From Rhodovastum atsumiense (GTDB lineage: Bacteria; Pseudomonadota; Alphaproteobacteria; Acetobacterales; Acetobacteraceae): DNA of 64,000 nt. The stretch lies in NCBI GenBank assembly GCA_026225115.1, contig JAMFSE010000107.1:1275-65274 (forward strand), written 5' to 3'. Within the stretch, counting starts at the first letter, position 1. Each line of letters starts with the position of its first letter. The notes under the pieces were generated by a model. That model saw only the letters and a program-made list of their open reading frames with translations. It searched no databases and was not told the origin of the DNA. Of the stretch, positions 19,501 to 28,899 are shown in pieces. A program made the position numbers and the translations under genes.

Positions 19501-20783
19501 TCGGCCGCCACCGCCAACGGCTGCAGAAACTGCTGCAGGCCAGCCTGGATTTTACGCCGCGAGCAGTGTTCCTTCAGCCCAGAATGCGCCGCCGCGGCCA
19601 TTTGCGCGTAACGCGCCGGTTGCTGCTTGGCTACATCATAGCTCTCCCGATACGCCGCCAACAGCGATTCAAAATCGATCCGATGCCGCCGGGTCCGGAA
19701 GGCCTGGCGCGGGTCATGTGGCCAGGTCGCTGGCTCATAAGTAGACGTCAAAACAAAGGCATTGGCCGGCGTGATATAATCCGCCATCCCCGTATGCGCC
19801 GGTGCAATCGCCGGCTTGCCGGCGCTCATATATTCCATCAACGGCAGACATTGGCCCTCGGCATGCGAGGTGTTCACCGTATAGCTGCTCAACGCCGCCA
19901 GCCGTACATAATCCGCATCCGGCAAATATCCGTCGATCAACACCACCCGGCAGCGAAACGGCTGCAGTTTCGCAAGATCGCCCAGCATCGCATAGACAGC
20001 CACGTCACAGTCAAAATGCGTAAGCTTTAGCACCAGCGTAGCATCTTCCACATCGCGCAGCGCCAGGCAAAACCCGCACAGCATATCAAACCAGTTCTTG
20101 CGCCCATCCACCGGACAAAAGACCGAGCTATAGATCACGCCATCCAGCACCAATTCGTGCTGCGTCTTCTTCGTCCCGGCTTCAGCCGGCAGCGATGGGG
20201 GTCCCAGCAGCCGCTGCCCCGCCGAACTGAAAGGGGTCAGATCAAGCGCGCGCGTATCGAAAACGCGGCCGCGCACCGCAATCCTGCTGGGTTCCGCAAC
20301 AGCGCTCGCCGCCGCATCATAAATCGGCGCAAAATTATCCCAAACCGGCGCCGGCAGGCTGATCACCGGAAAATCCTGCCCCATCGAGGCTTTCGTCGTC
20401 GCCACGGCCAGTTTCGAATGCGTAATGGCCCGGCCAGTCTGCCGCAGAACGCTCCGCCAGTCATGCCTAGGCTCGTCCTCCCAGGTCTCCGTCGGCAAAG
20501 TATCGAACTCCCAGGCAAATACCGGGATCGTCGGGCAGCGCGCCGGAATAAAGCTACGATGCGGCGGCGAGAACGTCAGAAACACGCAGTCCTGGCCATG
20601 GCGCACCGCATTGTCCCAAATCCGATCAGCCTCCTGCTCCGGGTCGCTCAGCGCCACCACAATCCCCAGCTCCTCTAGCAGCGGCCGGAACTCTTTCAGA
20701 ACAAAATAGTAGCTATACTCCGGAACCCCAAGATTCTCGACGATATTGCCGGACTCCGTTTCCGAATGAATAAGAAAAATCAT
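19497..20783 (-). CDS. Glycosyltransferase (GT4/GT-B type), paralogue A
   Basis: EGQCLPLME E-x7-E motif, GRKNW; 4-nt overlaps with neighbours. Confidence 0.85.
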   Translation of the reverse strand: MIFLIHSETESGNIVENLGVPEYSYYFVLKEFRPLLEELGIVVALSDPEQEADRIWDNAVRHGQDCVFLTFSPPHRSFIPARCPTIPVFAWEFDTLPTETWEDEPRHDWRSVLRQTGRAITHSKLAVATTKASMGQDFPVISLPAPVWDNFAPIYDAAASAVAEPSRIAVRGRVFDTRALDLTPFSSAGQRLLGPPSLPAEAGTKKTQHELVLDGVIYSSVFCPVDGRKNWFDMLCGFCLALRDVEDATLVLKLTHFDCDVAVYAMLGDLAKLQPFRCRVVLIDGYLPDADYVRLAALSSYTVNTSHAEGQCLPLMEYMSAGKPAIAPAHTGMADYITPANAFVLTSTYEPATWPHDPRQAFRTRRHRIDFESLLAAYRESYDVAKQQPARYAQMAAAAHSGLKEHCSRRKIQAGLQQFLQPLAVAAE

Positions 20784-22327
20784 ACCCCCACCATCCGCGA
20801 ATCCCGCACCATTTCCGCCGCCGCCGTAATCCCAAGCGCCGCTGCAAGCTTCGCCTGCACCAGTTCCAGCGTGCAGAATTCGCGCATCGCAGCCTGCGCC
20901 GCGTCACCCATGGCGGCAAAGCGCGGGTCGCGTTCAACAGCCAACGCATAACTCTGCTGATAGGCCGCCACAAGCGACTCCCAGTTCAATCGGTAACGCA
21001 TCGTCGTGAACACATCGCGCGGATCGAACGGCCATACATTATGCTCCTGGCTGGCGCCCAGAACAAAAGCAATTTCCGAATTGATATAATCCGCCATCGC
21101 CGTGTGGTCGGGTGCGATAGCCGGTATCCCGGCACTCAGAAATTCCATCAGCGGCAGGCACAGCCCTTCGCAATGCGAGGTATTCACATAATACGTCGTC
21201 GCCTGCACCAGATCCCGGTATTGGGCGTCATTGAGAAACCCCGCAAAAAAAACCACCCGGCATTTAAACGGCGCAAACTGGCCGACAATCTTATGCATTG
21301 CCGGATAGGCCTCAATCCCGCCGCGAATGGGCACCTTGAGAAACAACGTCGCCCCGGCGTTGTCCCTAAACGCCTGCACAAATCCGCTCAACAAATCCTG
21401 CCAATTCTTGCGCCCATCCTGCGGCGCGAACACCGATGTATAGATAACGCCGCCGAGCGTCACCTCATGTTCCGGCAACACCGGCAACGACTGCGCCACG
21501 GCCACCGGCCCGGCCGGCTTTCTGCCGCCCCGGAAAACCCGATAAGCAAGTTTACCGGAGGAAGAACCGAGATTCTTCAACGGCGCCGGCAAAACATCGC
21601 GCAAGGCGTCATGATACCAGAGCCGCGCGTACCACACGGTTATTGAAATGCGCTTGCGCAGCGTCGGCCGCATTTGCGCCACTGGCGCCGCCGCCGGGAC
21701 CAAAGCAGGCGCCGGCAATCCCGGCTGGTCCACATATGGCCCAAAATCCCCCGCCGGCGCCGGCGGCCAGGTCGGATTGCGCGAAAACCGATCATCGGCT
21801 GCACTGTCGAACAGATACCCTTGCAGCTTCAGCACGGCATCCTCGGTCACCTGCCGCGCCGGCCCAATATCGCCAAAAGACTCATAGCTGGCGGTGGGGA
21901 TCGCAAACACCGGAAACCGCTCCCCCATCGCCTCGCGCACCAGCGACGCCGCCCGCTGAGACAAAGTAATCACCCGCCCGCAATGTGCGAACACTACCCG
22001 CCAATCGCAGCGCGCATCATCGCCCCAAATCTCGGTGGGAATCGTTGAGAACTCCCAGGCCACAACTGGAATCGTCGGGCAGCGCAAGGTAATGGGAACC
22101 AGATGCGGCGGCGCGAAGCACAAAAACACGCAAGCCTCGCCAGCAACCGCGCAGGCGTCGAAAATCCTGTCCACCTCAGTTTCGGGGTCATCCACGGTCA
22201 CAATTTCGCCAAGCCGCGCCAGCGCCGGCAAATATCCCGCCAGCACGAAATAATAGCTGTATTCCGCCTTGCCGAGATTGGCGCTAATGGTCTGCGCGCT
22301 ATACTGCGAATGAACGATTATTTTCAT
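20780..22327 (-). CDS. Glycosyltransferase (GT4/GT-B type), paralogue B
   Basis: EGLCLPLME; N-terminus MKIIVHSQY...LGKAEYSYYFVL aligns with paralogue A, so start 22327 is preferred over 22522. Confidence 0.85.
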   Translation of the reverse strand: MKIIVHSQYSAQTISANLGKAEYSYYFVLAGYLPALARLGEIVTVDDPETEVDRIFDACAVAGEACVFLCFAPPHLVPITLRCPTIPVVAWEFSTIPTEIWGDDARCDWRVVFAHCGRVITLSQRAASLVREAMGERFPVFAIPTASYESFGDIGPARQVTEDAVLKLQGYLFDSAADDRFSRNPTWPPAPAGDFGPYVDQPGLPAPALVPAAAPVAQMRPTLRKRISITVWYARLWYHDALRDVLPAPLKNLGSSSGKLAYRVFRGGRKPAGPVAVAQSLPVLPEHEVTLGGVIYTSVFAPQDGRKNWQDLLSGFVQAFRDNAGATLFLKVPIRGGIEAYPAMHKIVGQFAPFKCRVVFFAGFLNDAQYRDLVQATTYYVNTSHCEGLCLPLMEFLSAGIPAIAPDHTAMADYINSEIAFVLGASQEHNVWPFDPRDVFTTMRYRLNWESLVAAYQQSYALAVERDPRFAAMGDAAQAAMREFCTLELVQAKLAAALGITAAAEMVRDSRMVGV

Positions 22328-22562
22328 GGGTAAACACGGGTTCCCGGGACGATTCGTTGCAACTTCAAAAACGCTCTTTGGATGATTTTGCGCAACACCT
22401 GCCCGCCGATCTTCCTGAAAAAGCTCATTAGCGCCAAAGCCCGAGTCCGTCCAGGAAACCGCCTTCAAACCCGCGCCGGCAGGCGCCCATAGGTTGCAAA
22501 CGCTTGGCCGGCCGATCGCCATGCGAGTAAAACAACCGACGCCATCGCATTATTGCCAGATA

Positions 22563-24656
22563 TTAATCAACGCAGGTCATGAGCCCCAGGGACTCTGGCA
22601 GGTTGCCGATTCGGGGAGGAAATGCGAGCTCCCACTCACTCGCAACCTCAAGCGAGAGGTTCGGATTATGGAACGGGTCATTCAGGCACCATTCCGCCCA
22701 ACGCCCCCGCATAATCTCTATATCCCGATCCGCCAGCACCTTATGCTCATCGGCATAATGCTGACCAAAGGAGATCGTCTCATGGTGCCAAAGCTCGGCC
22801 TGGGCCGAGAAAATAATGCCGTACCCCGCTTTGCGTATTTTGAGGCAAAGATCGACATCATTATATGCCGAGGCAAAATGCTCATCCAGCCCGCCAACCG
22901 CATCGAACACCGGTTTGCGGATCAGCATGCAAGCCGCCGTTACCGCAGAGAGTTCCTGCTCGACAATCGCACGCGACGCATATCCCGGCTCGCCGCGTCG
23001 CAGGAACCGGAAGCTATGATCACACAACCCGCTCAGGCCGATGACCACCCCGCCATGCTGCACCGTCCCCTCCGGGTAATATAGTTTTGCTCCAACCGCG
23101 GCGATCCGCTGGTCCTGCAAATGCCCAACCATGATCGAGAGCCAGCTGGGCGTGATCGGTGAAACATCGTCATTCAGCAAACAAACCAGGGGCGCTTCGC
23201 TATGCGCCACCGCAATATTATTGGCCTTCGAATAATTGAACCGCTCCATCGGCGCCAGCACCACGCGCGCGCGCGCATCCGCCAGTATCGGCGCTAAAAT
23301 TTCTTGCTGCACGGAATCCGGCCCCGCACTCTGCGACAATACGACGATCATCTCGAAATTCGGATAATCCGTCTGCTCAAGGACGGCGACAAGACAGCGC
23401 TGCACATGCGCAAGCCGCCCCGTCGAGGCAATGATCAACGAAACCTTCGGTGCCGGCGCCAGGGTGTCCGGCCGTATGCGCAGCGGCAGCGCCGCTGCGT
23501 CAACCGCGCCGGTCCAGGCCATCCCGAGATGCGCGCGGACAATTGCGCCCAGAAGTTCCGGCGCCGGCGCCGGCGTATCAGGCCGCCGATGGGTCAAAAT
23601 CAACGGCAGCCGTGCGGAAAACTCAGCCTCACCGCCCGCGGTTTCCAGCGCCCGCATATGCAGCCACGCCTCCAGCCGCAACGCATCGGCGCAGCTGGCA
23701 GCATCATCGCTCAGCATTCCCAGCGCATCGCGGCGGATCAAAAACACCCCCGTGGCCAAAGTACCGCTCAGCATCAGCATCCGGTTCGGCTCAGGTTTGA
23801 AAATCGGATCGGAACGATTGCCGGCCAGGTCCAACCGATCCTCATCGGCATAAACAATCGCAAGCCGCCGGAGCTCCGCAAACCGGACCAGCGCCGCAAT
23901 CGCATGCCCGGCAATCACCTCGCCCGCCTGCAGCACCACAACGAAATCCGCCGTAGCCGCCGCCAATCCCGCGCGCAGCGCCACAGCCGAATTCCCGGCC
24001 GACCGATCCACCGTCAAAACCTGCAACGCCGCAGCCGCGGACGCCCCGCCGATGGCGGCGATTGTCGCCTCCAAGGCCGCGCGATCCTGCTCGCCACGGG
24101 TGAACACCACCGCCATTGCTTTCCCGGGAGCCACCTCAGCCCCTTTCGTCGCCGCCTTGTCCCAGCGATCATACCAGCGCTGCCACGCATCATAAGAAAG
24201 CCGCGGCCCCAGCTTGATCGCAGCCAGCGCCAGGCGCTTCCTGAAACTGGCCTTACCGCGCATCGTTTTGCCAGACCGGCCCGGCAGCATGATGGACGGC
24301 TGCAAACAAATCAGTAGCAACGCCGCAACGAACTTCGGAACCGCAATCAACCGGGCGCGCGGGCTCCGCCCCTCGGCATCCCGGTGCACCTCGACCACCA
24401 TCGATTGCCGCTCAACGCGCGTGCATACCAGGTAAACCTGAGCCAGGGTCTTGCCCCAGAATTTTAGCGGAACCAGGCGGTGGGTGGACGCCCCGGACGG
24501 CAAGCCGTGCTCAACCGTGAGCGTAACCAGAGGGTCCCCCCGCAGTCCGTCACCCGAGACTAGAATAATATACCAATGTCCGCTCTCTTCAGATTCTATG
24601 CTTATGTCAAAGACGAGCCGCCGCCCCAGCAATGTCCGTGTAATCGTCGCCGTCAC
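22563..24656 (-). CDS. Glycosyltransferase family 2, tandem-domain type
   Basis: VYADED in the first (degenerate) domain; FNYSKANN, LLNDD, AVTAAC, YNDVDLCL in the second domain. Confidence 0.87.
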   Translation of the reverse strand: MTATITRTLLGRRLVFDISIESEESGHWYIILVSGDGLRGDPLVTLTVEHGLPSGASTHRLVPLKFWGKTLAQVYLVCTRVERQSMVVEVHRDAEGRSPRARLIAVPKFVAALLLICLQPSIMLPGRSGKTMRGKASFRKRLALAAIKLGPRLSYDAWQRWYDRWDKAATKGAEVAPGKAMAVVFTRGEQDRAALEATIAAIGGASAAAALQVLTVDRSAGNSAVALRAGLAAATADFVVVLQAGEVIAGHAIAALVRFAELRRLAIVYADEDRLDLAGNRSDPIFKPEPNRMLMLSGTLATGVFLIRRDALGMLSDDAASCADALRLEAWLHMRALETAGGEAEFSARLPLILTHRRPDTPAPAPELLGAIVRAHLGMAWTGAVDAAALPLRIRPDTLAPAPKVSLIIASTGRLAHVQRCLVAVLEQTDYPNFEMIVVLSQSAGPDSVQQEILAPILADARARVVLAPMERFNYSKANNIAVAHSEAPLVCLLNDDVSPITPSWLSIMVGHLQDQRIAAVGAKLYYPEGTVQHGGVVIGLSGLCDHSFRFLRRGEPGYASRAIVEQELSAVTAACMLIRKPVFDAVGGLDEHFASAYNDVDLCLKIRKAGYGIIFSAQAELWHHETISFGQHYADEHKVLADRDIEIMRGRWAEWCLNDPFHNPNLSLEVASEWELAFPPRIGNLPESLGLMTCVD

Positions 24657-24872
24657 CTGAATTTTTTCTCCCCACCGGATTGAAGCTGCGTTCCCGGTCT
24701 ATTTACAAACAAGATCAAAGTCCTAACGTCTGCAAACAACGAAAAAAGCACCTAACCGGCATAATAATTTCAATGGGTTAATGGCCGAAAACCAAATTTA
24801 GTTCAAGCGCGCCGCCCGCCGTCAAGCAACACCGGTGTAGCGTGGCCAAGCCGAAAAACAGGATTCTTGGCA

Positions 24873-25673
24873 ATGCATGAAGATCTACAGCGTGAATTCT
24901 CCCTTGAATCGCGCACCGCAGTCATCACTGGCGCTGCATCCGGAATAGGCCGGGAAACCGCGTGCATCCTAGCAAGAGCAGGCGCCAGGCTCATACTCGC
25001 CGACATCGACGCGGCCGGCCTTGCCATCACCGCCGGCCTGATCAACGACCAGGGCGGCACAGCCCACATCCGGCCGGCAAATGTGGCGGACCGCGCCGAT
25101 GTCGAAGCCCTGGCGGCCGACGCCGCCGAGCGCAACGGCGTCGATATCTGGATCAACGCCGCCGCCATCCACTTTGCCGCTCCAATGCTGGAAGCACCCC
25201 CGGCCGCCACCGAGCGGCTGCTATCGATCAACCTGCTGGGCACCTATTGGTCATGCGCCGCGGCCGCCCGCGTCATGCAGCCGAGAGGCAAAGGCTCAAT
25301 CATCAATTTCTCCTCCACCGGCGCGGACCGGCCAACACCCGGCATCTCCGCCTATGCCATGGCCAAAGCCGCCGTGAACATGCTGACGCGCACGGCGGCA
25401 ACCGAATTCGGCCCGCTCGGCATCAGGGTCAACGCGGTCGCGCCCGGCTTTGTCGATACGCCGATGGTCAGTTTCCGCTATGCCGACGAGACCGGCGCCA
25501 TCAACCCCGCCCGCCGCGAAGAAGTGCTGCGCCTTTTAAGCGAAGGCATACCACTCGGCGAAATCGGCACGCCGCGCGACATCGCACTCGCCATTCTCTA
25601 TCTGGCATCCGACGCCAGCCGCCACGTCACCGGCCAGATCCTCCGCGTCAACGGCGGCGCCTCAATGCCATAA
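24873..25673 (+). CDS. SDR family oxidoreductase
   Basis: TGAASGIG, NAA, S...YAMAK catalytic YxxxK, NAVAPG; CAGGA RBS before ATG 24873. Confidence 0.92.
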   Translation: MHEDLQREFSLESRTAVITGAASGIGRETACILARAGARLILADIDAAGLAITAGLINDQGGTAHIRPANVADRADVEALAADAAERNGVDIWINAAAIHFAAPMLEAPPAATERLLSINLLGTYWSCAAAARVMQPRGKGSIINFSSTGADRPTPGISAYAMAKAAVNMLTRTAATEFGPLGIRVNAVAPGFVDTPMVSFRYADETGAINPARREEVLRLLSEGIPLGEIGTPRDIALAILYLASDASRHVTGQILRVNGGASMP

Positions 25674-25806
25674 AGCCGCAAGCAATTGCGTATATACGTC
25701 AAACCATCCGGATATATGTATTTCGTCTCAAAACCCGCTTCGGCGTTGCAGCCACGCCGCGCAAAGGCACAATAAGCGCCTAACGCTTATAAAAAAGGAA
25801 GCCGCC

Positions 25807-26976
25807 ATGGACCTCAGCCTGTTGTATGAATTCGACGTCCCGCAACCTTGGGCCGGGGAGCATCCATGGGGCCAGCGCGCGGCCGAACAAAAAGCCTATA
25901 AGGAAAACCTGGCGCAGATCGTCGCTGCCGACAAAGCCGGCTTCGACACGGTCTGGTGCGTCGAACATCATTTCCGCGAAAACCGCTCGCACATGCCCTG
26001 TAATGAAGTCGTGCTCGGCGCCCTGTCGCAAATCACCACCAACATCAAACTGGGCTTCGGCGTCGCATTGATGCCGCATGAATTCATCCACCCGGCGCGG
26101 ATCGCGGAGAAAGTCGCGACGGTCGACGTGCTCTCCGGCGGCCGCGCGCAATGGGGCATGGGCCGCTCCACGCCGATGGAGCAGATCGCCTTCGGCGTTG
26201 ACATCCCCCGCAGCAAAGAAAAACTGGCGGCCGCCGCAAAATCCGTCGTTGGCATGTGGAGGGCCGAATATTACGAGGAGCATTCGGAATATCTGGACTT
26301 CCCAAAACGGATGGTAACACCCAAACCCGTCCAGAACCCGCATCCGCCCGCCTGGATGGCAACCCAGTCCGAAGCCGGCGCAGAGATCGCCGGCGAGAAC
26401 GGCGTCGGCCTGCTCTGCTTCAGCATCATGCAGCCGCTCAGCACGTTGAAGCCGATGATCGCAAAATACCGCGCCGCCCAGGAACGCGCGAAACTGCTCA
26501 CCGATGTGCAGACCAACCAGGTCGGCATCTACACCTTGGTCCACTGCGCCGAATCGCGCGACGATTTTGAGAAAAACCGCCTCTGGGATTCCATGTGGTG
26601 GTGGTACAAAGGCATCGCGGAGTTCATCCTGAAATGGGAAATGGCGCAGCGCTCGCCGCAGGAGCAAGCCGCTGCTTTTCCGCTGCTCGAAGCCCGCGCC
26701 CGCGGCGAGTTCGACATCAACCAGTTCGACAAGGAAGACATGGTCATCGTCGGCACCCCCGACGAGTGCCTGCAGAAATGCCTGAAATACGAAGAAGCCG
26801 GCATCGACCAGCTGCTGTGCTACCTCAATTTCGGCTATCTGCCGCATGAGGCTGTGCTGAAATCCATCGAGCTGTTATCGAAACATGTCATGCCGCAGCT
26901 GAACAAAAAAGGCGCCAACCGCACCGCGGCGGCACTGGCAAGCGCGATCAAAGGGGCAGAAAAAATCGGCGCCTAA
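25807..26976 (+). CDS. LLM-class flavin-dependent oxidoreductase (luciferase-like monooxygenase)
   Basis: AGFDTVWCVEHHF, HPARIAEKVATVDVLSGGR, PKPVQNPHPPAW, VGTPDEC. Confidence 0.92.
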   Translation: MDLSLLYEFDVPQPWAGEHPWGQRAAEQKAYKENLAQIVAADKAGFDTVWCVEHHFRENRSHMPCNEVVLGALSQITTNIKLGFGVALMPHEFIHPARIAEKVATVDVLSGGRAQWGMGRSTPMEQIAFGVDIPRSKEKLAAAAKSVVGMWRAEYYEEHSEYLDFPKRMVTPKPVQNPHPPAWMATQSEAGAEIAGENGVGLLCFSIMQPLSTLKPMIAKYRAAQERAKLLTDVQTNQVGIYTLVHCAESRDDFEKNRLWDSMWWWYKGIAEFILKWEMAQRSPQEQAAAFPLLEARARGEFDINQFDKEDMVIVGTPDECLQKCLKYEEAGIDQLLCYLNFGYLPHEAVLKSIELLSKHVMPQLNKKGANRTAAALASAIKGAEKIGA

Positions 26977-26997
26977 AAATGGAAAAGCAACATTGAT

Positions 26998-27020
26998 AAT
27001 CTGAAGATATTATTCAGATT
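26998..27020. terminator. Inverted repeat AATCTGAA-N7-TTCAGATT between convergent LLM and IclR genes
   Basis: Perfect 8-bp arms; AT-rich and weak, so function is uncertain. Confidence 0.3.
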
Positions 27021-27843
27021 GAAAGGTCAAAGCATCCTCGCGCATGGCAGGCCGCGCCGCGGCCTGCCGCAATAACTCGCGCAGCCGCGGCAAAATTGCC
27101 TGTATCCGCGTTTGCGGTCCAGCCAGACCCAGAATGAGCGGCGCCGGAAAACTTGCCCATGAAAGCCGCGCCGCGACAGACCACGTGCCGTTACCGCTCT
27201 TGCAATCGGCTACGCCTGAATCCCGAATACGCGCCAATTCCGCACGCAGCGTTCCAAACTGCTCGGCGTTGATGCGTGCGCGCTCAGCCAGCCGCGCCAC
27301 CTCCGTCTCCGGCAATGTGACAAGATAGGCAGTCCCTGTCGCCGAACCGAAGATCGAAACGTTCAGCCCGCGCTCGGCGCTGGCCGCCTGGCTGACCGGT
27401 CCGGCATCATGCCAATCCACAAGCTGCATGAACAAATCATTCGGCGTGGTCAGCGTCACAATCTCACCGGTCTCCCGCTGCACATGGTGAATAAGCTTGC
27501 TCAGCCTGTCGTCACTGCCATAAGTCTCAATCATCCACGTCCCAAACCGCGACAGCCGTGGCGAGGGAAGATAGGATTTTGCAACCGCATCAAACATAAG
27601 ATGCGAAGATCCCACCATCGTCTTCAGCAACTGGTTCGCTGTCGACGCCGGCAGGTTAAGCGCATGAGCGATCTCCACAGCCCGCAAGGGCCGTCGCAGC
27701 TGACCAAAAATTTCCAGCACATCGAGCGCCCGCGTCGCCGATCGTGACAGACTGCGCCGCTCGCCCGGGCGCTTAACCCGCACCGTCACGCCCCGCGCCG
27801 CTGCGCTGCCTGCAACTGACAAAATCGCGTATTCCTCCAGCAT
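27010..27843 (-). CDS. IclR family transcriptional regulator
   Basis: RALDVLEIF...EIAHALNLPASTANQLLKTMV HTH; GSATGTAYL effector-domain motif. Start at ATG 27843 is inferred. Confidence 0.87.
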   Translation of the reverse strand: MLEEYAILSVAGSAAARGVTVRVKRPGERRSLSRSATRALDVLEIFGQLRRPLRAVEIAHALNLPASTANQLLKTMVGSSHLMFDAVAKSYLPSPRLSRFGTWMIETYGSDDRLSKLIHHVQRETGEIVTLTTPNDLFMQLVDWHDAGPVSQAASAERGLNVSIFGSATGTAYLVTLPETEVARLAERARINAEQFGTLRAELARIRDSGVADCKSGNGTWSVAARLSWASFPAPLILGLAGPQTRIQAILPRLRELLRQAAARPAMREDALTFQSE

Positions 27844-28018
27844 CCGTCTGCGGCGATGCCAGCCAGACTCTATAAACCGCGGCAAATCGGCGTCAATCCG
27901 GCGACGGTTTTTAACCATTCCGAGAATTGGCGCGGCGCAGCCGCCACTGGCTTGGACGGCCGCAGTTTCTGCGCTATTTGCACAAGAAAACTGCGCAAAG
28001 AACGAAAGGTGGAACGCG

Positions 28019-28726
28019 ATGGAAAATGTGATCACGCTTCAACATGAAGGCGCTAACCTCGTCGGCAGCATTTTCGTGCCCGCAGGCCCCGGTCCGCATC
28101 CCGCCGTCATGGTCATGCACACCGCCCAAGGCACCGGTCCGCTAACCTTGCACGCCGCCCGCAAACTGGCCGAACTCGGCTATATTGCCCTCGCCACCGA
28201 CATGTTTGGCGACGGCGTCTATAATCCAACAGATATCACCGCAATCACCGCCTGCTTCTCCCCGTTTCACGATCCAGACCTTATCCGCGCCCGCACGCTC
28301 GCCTGGTTCGAGACGCTGAAATCCCGCCCTGAGGTCGATCCCGCACGCATCGCCGCCATCGGCTACTGTTTCGGCGGCCAATGCGTACTCGAACTCGCCC
28401 GCGCCGGCGCCGACGTCAAAGCGGTAGTGAGCTATCACGGCCTGCTGACCACCAACCGCCCCGCGCAACGCGAAACCCTGAAAGCCCAGGTGGTCGCCTA
28501 TAACGGCGCGCTCGACCCCAACGCGCCTCCCGCGCATACCGCGCAATTCCGTCAGGAAATGATCGACGCCGCAGCGAAATGGCACATCACCGAATTCGGC
28601 AACAGCTACCACGGCTTCACCGACGTCGATTCCGGCTGCCTCCCGCTCCCCGGCATCGCCTATGATCCGCTGGCCGACGCGATCTCCTGGGCCGGAACGC
28701 TGGCTTTGCTCAAAACGCTCCTCTGA
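28019..28726 (+). CDS. Dienelactone hydrolase family protein
   Basis: Nucleophile elbow GYCFGG, acid D (GALDP), His in YHGFT. Confidence 0.9.
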   Translation: MENVITLQHEGANLVGSIFVPAGPGPHPAVMVMHTAQGTGPLTLHAARKLAELGYIALATDMFGDGVYNPTDITAITACFSPFHDPDLIRARTLAWFETLKSRPEVDPARIAAIGYCFGGQCVLELARAGADVKAVVSYHGLLTTNRPAQRETLKAQVVAYNGALDPNAPPAHTAQFRQEMIDAAAKWHITEFGNSYHGFTDVDSGCLPLPGIAYDPLADAISWAGTLALLKTLL

Positions 28727-28899
28727 ACGAGCGCATTATCCGGCGGATGCCCTGGCCCGCGCGCTGACTTGTATAACTATTTGTTTTACGGCAAAATCAT
28801 TTCGGCCTGCCTCGGAAGAACGCGCTTACGGACGCCGCCAGAAGCGCCCGCCTTCTCGGTTCTACCCCAAGGAATCCAGGTGCGAAATTTGGAGGAACC

